From positions 210,001 to 242,000 of the forward strand of contig NZ_OZ034918.1 of assembly GCF_964030745.1 (NCBI RefSeq): a stretch of DNA of 32,000 bases, read 5' to 3'. A model generated the notes under the pieces. It worked only from the letters and a program-made list of their open reading frames with translations, ran no database searches and was not told the DNA's origin. The DNA is from Candidatus Saccharimonadota bacterium (GTDB lineage: Bacteria; Bacteroidota; Bacteroidia; Cytophagales; Amoebophilaceae). A program made the position numbers and the translations under genes. Below, piece after piece: positions 1 to 6,745 of the stretch; positions within the stretch are counted from its first letter, which is position 1, and each line of letters starts with the position of its first letter.

Positions 1-451
1 TCCTACTGGTTACAACCATTTGATCCTGTACCAGTTTCCCTCCTTGTAAAAATTTGCCTTGTCTTTTCTCTACATTATAAATTAACTTGGGGGTATAAAA
101 GGTGGCTTTTTTAGATGCATAACTTACATTATTTTCGAATATAGCTTGCTTCTGTGCTAAATCATATATTAACACCTCACTCGTTATCACGCCACCTTGT
201 TGGTCTACAATTTTTACATTACCTTCTGCTTCTATCAGTTCCTGATCATCATATTTATAAGCTTTATCAGCTGTCAGTACCATACCGTTGGTAGGAAAAG
301 TAAAGACTACATTTCCTTCTAGTTTTTTACAGGGCTTATCGTTGACCAGATCACCTTCCAACCGATCAGCCTGATAGGTTACAGGCTCAGCCAAAACGCA
401 AAGGGGACAAACCAATAGATATACAATAAGATAAACGGTTCTTTTATACAT
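1..451 (-). CDS. OstA/LptA-like (LptD N-terminal type) exported protein; 3' end runs off the window
   Basis: Absent from the ORF track because there is no stop inside the window. My own minus-strand translation from the ATG at 451-449 gives MYKRTVYLIVYLLVCPLCVLAEPVTYQADRLEGDLVNDKPCKKLEGNVVFTFPTNGMVLTADKAYKYDDQELIEAEGNVKIVDQQGGVITSEVLIYDLAQKQAIFENNV... This is a signal-peptide-like N-terminus followed by the repeated GNV/ADK beta-strand pattern typical of OstA-like proteins. The frame stays open to base 1. Confidence 0.5.
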   Translation of the reverse strand, partial: MYKRTVYLIVYLLVCPLCVLAEPVTYQADRLEGDLVNDKPCKKLEGNVVFTFPTNGMVLTADKAYKYDDQELIEAEGNVKIVDQQGGVITSEVLIYDLAQKQAIFENNVSYASKKATFYTPKLIYNVEKRQGKFLQGGKLVQDQMVVTSR

Positions 452-550
452 TCTCAACAAAAAATCAATAGCCAAATCAAATTTAAATAAAAAGCAAGAT
501 AAAGGAAAACATATTTTAGCTCAGACGTGCACAAAGCGGTCTGTAAATGA

Positions 551-600
551 TGAGCATACTGCCCCACCTTATGACCACCGATAAAGAAATTTGGCACATA
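551..600. repeat. Solo fragment of MITE family C (arm segment)
   Basis: 'cttatgaccaccgataaagaaatttggcac' (568-597) matches the arm 'cttatggccgccgataaaagatttggcac' of the full element at 9543-9753. Confidence 0.5.
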
Positions 601-786
601 ATCGATTGGCTACGGGCACTATAAATAAGAATTAAACAAAATAAAGGTTACTATAAAAGTATAGAACTTATTAAAAATAAAAGTGTAAATTAGGTAAGTC
701 CCTAATGAATGATTATTATCGACATGGCCATAGACTGCTGTTGCCTGTCCATAGCCAGCTACCTTATTGATAACTATACTAAAACG

Positions 787-2310
787 ATGCAAGAACTGAG
801 CGAACAAGCCATTATTCGAACACAAAAAAAAGCGCTTTTAGAATCGATGGGGATCAACCCCTATCCAGCCTTTGTTGCGCCGATCAATGCCAAAGCGGCG
901 ACGATTCTTGCGCACTACAAAGAGGAGGATAAAGCAAACTATAGCCATGTAATACTGGCAGGTCGTATAATGAGCCGCAGAATTATGGGCGCAGCCTCCT
1001 TTGTAGAACTACAAGATGCTAGTGGACGCATTCAACTCTATGTACAGCGCGATACTATTTGTCCAGGAGAAGATAAAAGCGACTATAACACCTTATTTAA
1101 AAGGTTGCTGGATATAGGTGATATCATTGAAGTACAGGGATTTGTCTTTACTACTCAAGTAGGAGCTATAGCGGTGCATGTCACCCACCTGCGCTTGTTA
1201 ACCAAAACACTTGCTCCTTTACCGATTGTCAAAGAGGTAGCCACTAAAGAATGTACAAAAGTACACGATGCCTTTACAGACCCAGAGCAACGGTATCGCC
1301 AAAGGTATGTTGATTTAATCGTTAATCCAGACATACGAAAAGTATTTGAACAACGGGCTAAATTGATTCATACCATTAAATCTTTCTTACATCGTGAAGG
1401 ATATCTAGAAGTAGAAACGCCCATTCTACAACCCGTTTATGGTGGGGCATCTGCACGTCCCTTCACCACACACCACCATACGCTAGACATACCCTTATAT
1501 TTACGTATTTCCAATGAACTCTATTTAAAAAGATTAATTATTGGAGGATATGAAGGGGTCTATGAGTTTGCTAAAGATTTTAGAAACGAAGGGATGTCCC
1601 GTTTTCATAACCCAGAGTTTACCCAAGTAGAGCTCTATGTTGCCTACAAAGATTACATCTGGATGATGGACTACGTGGAAGAATTGGTAGAAGGGGTAGC
1701 ACTAGCCTTACATGGTCATACAACGGTTCCATTTGGTCCCCATCTGATCAACTTCCAACGGCCATGGAAGCGTTTTACCATGTTTGAAGCCATTCACTAT
1801 TTTACCGGATATGATGTAAGCAATATGGATGAAGCAGCATTGCGCACAGTAGCCCATCAACTCCATGTCCATGTGGCGGATAATCTAGCTAAAGGTAAAA
1901 TTATAGATGAAATTTTTGGAGAAAAATGTGAACCACATCTTATTCAGCCTACCATTATAACCGATTATCCAGTTGAAATGTCCCCTTTGGCCAAACGGCA
2001 TCGAGACAATCCAGCTTTAACAGAACGATTTGAGGTGATATGTGCAGGTAAAGAGATCTGCAATGCCTTCTCTGAGTTAAACGACCCAATCGATCAACAA
2101 CAAAGGTTAGAAGAACAACGTGCATTAGGCGAACGGGGCGATGAAGAGGCTATGGTGGTAGATCATGATTTTTTAAAAGCCTTACGTTATGGAATGCCCC
2201 CAACGGTAGGTATTGGCATAGGTATAGATCGATTAACGATGATTATGACCAACTCAAACTCTATTCAAGATGTAATATTTTTCCCACAAATGCGCCCGGA
2301 AAACCGATAA
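787..2310 (+). CDS. lysS: Lysine--tRNA ligase (class II)
   Basis: The 533 aa ORF shows the class II LysRS pattern: an OB-fold N-domain (ILAGRIMSRRIMGAASFVELQDASGRIQLY), motif 2/3-like regions (FRNEG...HNPEFTQVELY; GIGIGIDRLTMIMT) and a FFPQMRP tail. The start is set at the ATG at 787 (MQELSEQAIIRTQKK...). The upstream extension from 709 is Cys-rich and not LysRS-like. Confidence 0.95.
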   Translation: MQELSEQAIIRTQKKALLESMGINPYPAFVAPINAKAATILAHYKEEDKANYSHVILAGRIMSRRIMGAASFVELQDASGRIQLYVQRDTICPGEDKSDYNTLFKRLLDIGDIIEVQGFVFTTQVGAIAVHVTHLRLLTKTLAPLPIVKEVATKECTKVHDAFTDPEQRYRQRYVDLIVNPDIRKVFEQRAKLIHTIKSFLHREGYLEVETPILQPVYGGASARPFTTHHHTLDIPLYLRISNELYLKRLIIGGYEGVYEFAKDFRNEGMSRFHNPEFTQVELYVAYKDYIWMMDYVEELVEGVALALHGHTTVPFGPHLINFQRPWKRFTMFEAIHYFTGYDVSNMDEAALRTVAHQLHVHVADNLAKGKIIDEIFGEKCEPHLIQPTIITDYPVEMSPLAKRHRDNPALTERFEVICAGKEICNAFSELNDPIDQQQRLEEQRALGERGDEEAMVVDHDFLKALRYGMPPTVGIGIGIDRLTMIMTNSNSIQDVIFFPQMRPENR

Positions 2311-2435
2311 AATTTTCAACCCATCGTTTTTTTGATAAAAACTGTATCTTAGCCCTATGGTTGGACCATCACTAGATCTCTTACGAGGCCTATTTGTTGT
2401 GCCATCATCACCCATTATATGATCTTATGAGTTTA

Positions 2436-3287
2436 ATGAACGAGAACCTCAGCTGGTTTAAACGAAAAAAGAAAGGCATTCTAACCCCCAGTTCTGCCAA
2501 AAAAGAGTCCCCCGATGGGCTTTGGGTAAAAACACCCAAAGGGAAAATTATACACAGTAAAATATTACAGGAAAATCTACACGTTGTGCCTGATGATGGC
2601 CATCATCTACCAATTGGGTCCAAAGAATATTTTTCCATCTTATTTGATGAGAGCAAGTTTACTGAACTCAACCCAACCTTCCGATCTGCAGATCCGCTTA
2701 AATTTGTAGACAACAGGCCCTATACAGAACGCCTCAAACAAGCAGAAGCGCAAACCGGCTTAACAGATGCCATACGCACAGCCTATGGCCAGCTCCATAG
2801 CCTACCCCTTGCCATTGCCTGCATGGATTTTAAATTTATTGGCGGTTCCATGGGTAGTGTAGTAGGTGAAAAAATAGCCCAATTGGTCAACCATTGTTTG
2901 GCCTACCAAACCCCCCTATTGATTATCTCCACATCTGGTGGTGCACGGATGATGGAAGGCAGTTTTTCACTGATGCAAATGGCCAAAACATCTGCCAAAT
3001 TACTACAATTGGCACAAGCTAAAATTCCTTATATTTCGCTGCTTACCGACCCCACTACAGGTGGCGTCAGTGCCTCCTATGCGATGTTGGGTGATATCAA
3101 TATGGCTGAGCCTGGTGCATTGATTGGTTTTGCTGGACCACGTGTCATTCGCGAAACAGTAGGCAAAGAACTGCCAAAAGGATTTCAAACGGCAGAATTT
3201 TTATTGGCACATGGCTTCTTAGATATGATTGTAGATAGACGCAAACTAAAGGAGACCCTTGCACTACTCCTAAAAATGTTGGTCTAA
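2436..3287 (+). CDS. accD: Acetyl-CoA carboxylase carboxyltransferase beta subunit
   Basis: The sequence [12 protein letters not shown]...LWVKTP...[12 protein letters not shown]...[18 protein letters not shown]...SGGARMQEG-like (SGGARMMEG)...GFAGPRVI is colinear with AccD. The likely start is the ATG at 2436 or 2427 rather than the track start at 2394. Confidence 0.9.
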   Translation: MNENLSWFKRKKKGILTPSSAKKESPDGLWVKTPKGKIIHSKILQENLHVVPDDGHHLPIGSKEYFSILFDESKFTELNPTFRSADPLKFVDNRPYTERLKQAEAQTGLTDAIRTAYGQLHSLPLAIACMDFKFIGGSMGSVVGEKIAQLVNHCLAYQTPLLIISTSGGARMMEGSFSLMQMAKTSAKLLQLAQAKIPYISLLTDPTTGGVSASYAMLGDINMAEPGALIGFAGPRVIRETVGKELPKGFQTAEFLLAHGFLDMIVDRRKLKETLALLLKMLV

Positions 3288-3309
3288 TGAATATCTTTAC
3301 CGGGTTACT

Positions 3310-4605
3310 ATGTCTTCCTTGATAGTCTATTGTATCATTGCATGCCTCATTGGCTTCATCATCGGATGGTGCATCGCAACCCTTCTATACAAAGTAGCCA
3401 TTGCAACCCTACAAAATAATATTGTTGGTCTAGAAAAACATGCATCAGAAAACCAAAATCAATTCCATACCTTACAGGAACAACACTTACAAACCAGTAA
3501 AGAATTAGCCACTGCTCTGGCACATAATAGCTATTTAGAAAACAAAATAGCCGAACAAGGACAATCAGTTACACAACTCCAAAGCCAACTCACCATCCAT
3601 TTTAAAAATTTAGCCAATGAACTTTTAGAAGAAAAAAGTAAAAAATTTTCAGATCATAGCCAGCTCCAAATGGAACAATTATTGACGCCACTGAGCGAGA
3701 AAATTAAGACCTTTGCACAACAAGTAACCCAGTATAACCAAGAAAATTTGGAAAGAAATGTGGCTTTACGGACCGAACTCAAACAACTACATGACCTCAA
3801 CCTAAAAATCACACAAGAAGCTGAAGGGCTAACCAAGGCGCTTAAAGGAGATTCAAAATTGCAAGGGGGATGGGGCGAGTTTATTTTAGAAAACATTCTG
3901 GTGCAATCGGGACTGGTTAAAAATAGAGAGTATGTGATTCAACCCTCTATTACAACAGAAGATGGCCAGCGCTTTCAACCAGACGTTATCATTAACCTTC
4001 CCGAAGGCAGAAATATTGTGATTGATGCAAAAGTATCTTTAAATCACTATGAAAAATTTTTTAATAATGCACATACGCCTGAGCGGACTTTTCACCTCAA
4101 GCAACATATTCTCTCTATTAGACGCCATATTAAAACACTCAGCGAGAAACGTTACCAATCGCTCTATAACCTGCAAGGTTTGGATTTTGTTTTAATGTTT
4201 ATACCCATTGAACCAGCCTTTGCACTAGCTGTGCAAGAAGAGGGCATGCTCTTTAACGAAGCCTATGAACGCAATATTGTAATCGTATCTCCTTCCAATT
4301 TAATAGCCACCCTGCGCACCGTTGCAAACTTATGGAAACAAGCCCATCAAAATCAAAATGCTGTAGAAATTGCTAGACAAGGCGGTGCCTTATATGACAA
4401 ATTTGTTGCTTTTACAGAAGATATTAAAAACATAGGACGCCAATTGGATTTAACACAAAAAAACTATTTAGAGGCTACTAAAAAATTATACGATGGAAAA
4501 GGAAGTTTGGTATCCAGAGCACAAAAAATGAAATTATTAGGCGCACGAACCAGTAAGGTGTTGGATCCACAACTCATAGATAAAACGCAACAAGAAGAGG
4601 AATAA
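3310..4605 (+). CDS. rmuC: DNA recombination protein RmuC
   Basis: N-terminal TM helix, a long coiled-coil region, then the RmuC core (GGWGEFILENIL...RFQPDVIINLPEGRNIVIDAKVSL...DFVLMFIPIEPAF...IVIVSPSNLIATLRTV). Confidence 0.9.
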   Translation: MSSLIVYCIIACLIGFIIGWCIATLLYKVAIATLQNNIVGLEKHASENQNQFHTLQEQHLQTSKELATALAHNSYLENKIAEQGQSVTQLQSQLTIHFKNLANELLEEKSKKFSDHSQLQMEQLLTPLSEKIKTFAQQVTQYNQENLERNVALRTELKQLHDLNLKITQEAEGLTKALKGDSKLQGGWGEFILENILVQSGLVKNREYVIQPSITTEDGQRFQPDVIINLPEGRNIVIDAKVSLNHYEKFFNNAHTPERTFHLKQHILSIRRHIKTLSEKRYQSLYNLQGLDFVLMFIPIEPAFALAVQEEGMLFNEAYERNIVIVSPSNLIATLRTVANLWKQAHQNQNAVEIARQGGALYDKFVAFTEDIKNIGRQLDLTQKNYLEATKKLYDGKGSLVSRAQKMKLLGARTSKVLDPQLIDKTQQEEE

Positions 4606-4610
4606 TGTGA

Positions 4611-4939
4611 GTGTCTATTCACGCCTGTGGCTGGGCCCCTTATCTCCTTCGATAAAAAGTCTGGCCCGATAGTAAATAGATGAATCGATATGTTTTTTAG
4701 CGGGAAAATCGTAAACTCAGCCCGCAAGCGGGCTTCAAACAGACGATTTTCTAATCCGCTAAAAAACATATCGCTCAGCTGTTAGTGTTTTACTAGAGCG
4801 CCATTTTTTATCGAAGGAGACGCGGGGCGGGTACTTGGTCAGCTATTTGCTTTTTCAGAAAAACGTAATCACAGTGATGAATGGATACTCACGAAAAGCT
4901 AGAAAAAACGTATTTTCTGCCACAGTGGTGAATAGATAC
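4611..4939. repeat. MITE family A, full copy plus a duplicated terminal module
   Basis: Begins 'gtgtctattcacgcc'. It ends with two tandem terminal modules, 'gtgatgaatggatac' (about 4875-4888) and 'gtggtgaatagatac' (4926-4939), which are the inverse of the left terminus. The interior is a long imperfect palindrome. Its arms are 'ctccttcgataaaaag' / 'ttttttatcgaaggag' and 'agcgggaaaatcg' / 'cgattttctaatccgct', and its central hairpin is gcccgcaagcgggc (4720-4733). It lies between the convergent 3' ends of rmuC and the orphan gene. Confidence 0.8.
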
Positions 4940-4958
4940 TAATGTGATAGAATAAAGT

Positions 4959-6269
4959 CTATTTTTTCACTGCTTGACGCTGTTTCTTCACACGGTCTTT
5001 AAGTGGTAATATGGTTTCATATAAGATAAAGTGTGTTTGACAAAACGTTCTGTATCCTTCTATATAAGCCATCTCTTCAGGTGTAGCTAATGTGCCATCC
5101 TTTATTTTTTTGGCCATCTCTTTTAAGCCACAAGGTAGCGTAGGAATAGATATAAATTTATTTAAAGTATATTGAGCTGCTTTATAATCCAATATATAAA
5201 ATGGATATTTACAAAAATTTGGAAAACTATAGTGTAGTAAGTCTTCCATAAGATGTACAGATACGTGATCCAGGTAGTACAAACCACATGCACTTTCAAT
5301 CAATTGACTATAAGCAGTCTCCCATAGTTCCTGCATAGCGAAAATAGCCAATCGCTTCTCCATACTAGTATGAGTAGGATCTTTTAAAAACCTTACTATA
5401 TCTTTTGACTCTACACCCATCATATAGTAATCGCCAGGATGGTCACGAATCATTAGAAAATAAGGAGGCTTATAAGGCTCTAAACAACCCTCCCACCAAG
5501 TCTTCATATATTTTACAAAATCTTTATATGCATCACATATAGTCTTCGAGAAAGGTAATCGATTTCGATAATCTATATAATTGCTTGCTTTCTTTTGGTT
5601 CCAGTCTTCTGCCAATTTACCAGACAAGATTTTTTCAATTTGTAATCCAACAGCCGTAGTATCACCTATATAAGACTGTATTTCTCGCAAAAAAGGTTCA
5701 ATAACAGATTTTTCGTACTTATATCGTAGTGCTGTTACAAGTGGATGTATGCGCAGAAACTCAAAACTTAATACCATTTCTAGCAGTGCTTCACTCAGAC
5801 GTTGGTGTTTATAGAGTTTGTAACATGATTTTGCAAAGGATAAATAAGGCTCGTATGACAAATTTTCTAAGCCATATATTGCTATCTTTTTCTGTGTTTC
5901 AGTATAATTCGGATCAGACAGATAATCCAAAACATGCTTCCAATAATAACCAGGATGTTTATACATAGCAATAAAATCCTGAGAACGAAACAATGCTTCC
6001 GGGGGTTTCCAAGGCCCTACCTTTGCTTCTATCGCTGCTATTTTATTAGGAAAAGTGACCCAGGTACCCCACTTGCATCCATATTTATAGATATCTTTTG
6101 GTTCTGTATGATCACGATAATCACAATTCGTGCACAAATAGTCTACCCAGTTTCTATAATCCCTCTTAACTGCATTAAGATTTTTTGCATGGACTTTAGA
6201 AACTGCAATGACCATAATTCCATAAAAAGTTAATAAGGTCCCCCTGATGACTACATATATATATTTCAT
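4959..6269 (-). CDS. Hypothetical membrane-anchored protein with two tandem homologous modules (orphan)
   Basis: Long ORF (track 4959..6356). The likely start is the ATG at 6269 (MKYIYVVIRGTLLTFYGIMVIAVSKVHA, a signal/anchor). I recognise no family. The internal duplication is described in the findings. Confidence 0.6.
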   Translation of the reverse strand: MKYIYVVIRGTLLTFYGIMVIAVSKVHAKNLNAVKRDYRNWVDYLCTNCDYRDHTEPKDIYKYGCKWGTWVTFPNKIAAIEAKVGPWKPPEALFRSQDFIAMYKHPGYYWKHVLDYLSDPNYTETQKKIAIYGLENLSYEPYLSFAKSCYKLYKHQRLSEALLEMVLSFEFLRIHPLVTALRYKYEKSVIEPFLREIQSYIGDTTAVGLQIEKILSGKLAEDWNQKKASNYIDYRNRLPFSKTICDAYKDFVKYMKTWWEGCLEPYKPPYFLMIRDHPGDYYMMGVESKDIVRFLKDPTHTSMEKRLAIFAMQELWETAYSQLIESACGLYYLDHVSVHLMEDLLHYSFPNFCKYPFYILDYKAAQYTLNKFISIPTLPCGLKEMAKKIKDGTLATPEEMAYIEGYRTFCQTHFILYETILPLKDRVKKQRQAVKK

Positions 6270-6457
6270 CAATTTCGTTTTATATGACCTAACATAAATT
6301 GAAACCATTGCAATAGATACAGCTCGCCTCTTTATTAAATTTTTGTTTTCTATCACAATGGCCTTAAGTTATATAAACTAGTATTCGCGAAGTATTTAAG
6401 ATATTAGGCCTATGTTAAGTCCTCAATCCCGCCCAACACCCCAATACCGTACAACCC

Positions 6458-6699
6458 ATGGCGTCAACTTAAGGAATTTGTCTTATTTTTTTACTCAGCA
6501 CTGTGGTTGAAAACGCATTTTTCCCAGTTTTTTAAGGAACTTCATTACACGCCTGTGGCTGGGGCCTCTTATCTCCTTCGATAAAAAGTCTGGCCCGATA
6601 GTAAATAGCTGAACAATAGATTGTTTCATTGCCTTTACTGCGCGCCAAATCTTTTATCGGTGGCCATAAATGCTGCGTATACCAATACTTCATGTAAAA
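6458..6699. repeat. Chimeric MITE: family A half joined to family C half, plus a shared ~90 bp flank module
   Basis: 6549-6612 'cacgcctgtggctggggcctcttatctccttcgataaaaagtctggcccgatagtaaatag' is the family A left half. 6613-6699 is the reverse complement of the family C left arm. The whole block is the reverse complement of 9533-9623 plus 9920-10069, with few mismatches. Confidence 0.8.
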
Positions 6700-6745
6700 T
6701 TTGAGATAACTAAATCGTGTTAACACAAAAAACGGTTCAGATCAA

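Noticed and set aside
709-786. N-terminal extensions of track ORFs: lysS from 709, accD from 2394, orphan from 6356, murA from the TTG at 20955, paralog 2 from 26967, and lrp from 31029
   Set aside because: The extensions are not family-like. They are Cys-rich or repeat-derived, or in the case of paralog 2 they lie inside the IS. Internal ATGs line up with conserved N-termini or with the paralog.
2500-2640. AccD lacks the four N-terminal zinc-ribbon cysteines. It reads [29 protein letters not shown] where E. coli has LWTKCDSCGQ...CPKCDHH.
   Set aside because: The observation is real in the sequence. However, my recollection is that Bacteroidota AccD proteins generally have this Cys-less form (e.g. 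'LWYKSPTGK'-type sequences), so it is probably lineage-typical rather than a peculiarity of this genome. I cannot verify this without a database search.
4720-4733. Central GC hairpins of the MITEs acting as intrinsic terminators; several copies lie just after stop codons of rmuC, lon and paralog 1
   Set aside because: None of the hairpins is followed directly by a U-tract in either orientation ('gcccgcaagcgggcttcaaac', or 'gcccgcttgcgggctgagttcacg' in reverse), so they do not meet the canonical rho-independent pattern. A terminator or RNA-stability role cannot be excluded, but it is not supported by sequence alone.
6357-6457. Possible second toxin remnant at the mirror junction of the left composite repeat. 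The minus-strand frame reads ..GLYGIGVLGGIEDLT*.
   Set aside because: Nucleotide similarity to the yoeB junction extends only ~15 bp, and the translated peptide matches no toxin family I recognise.
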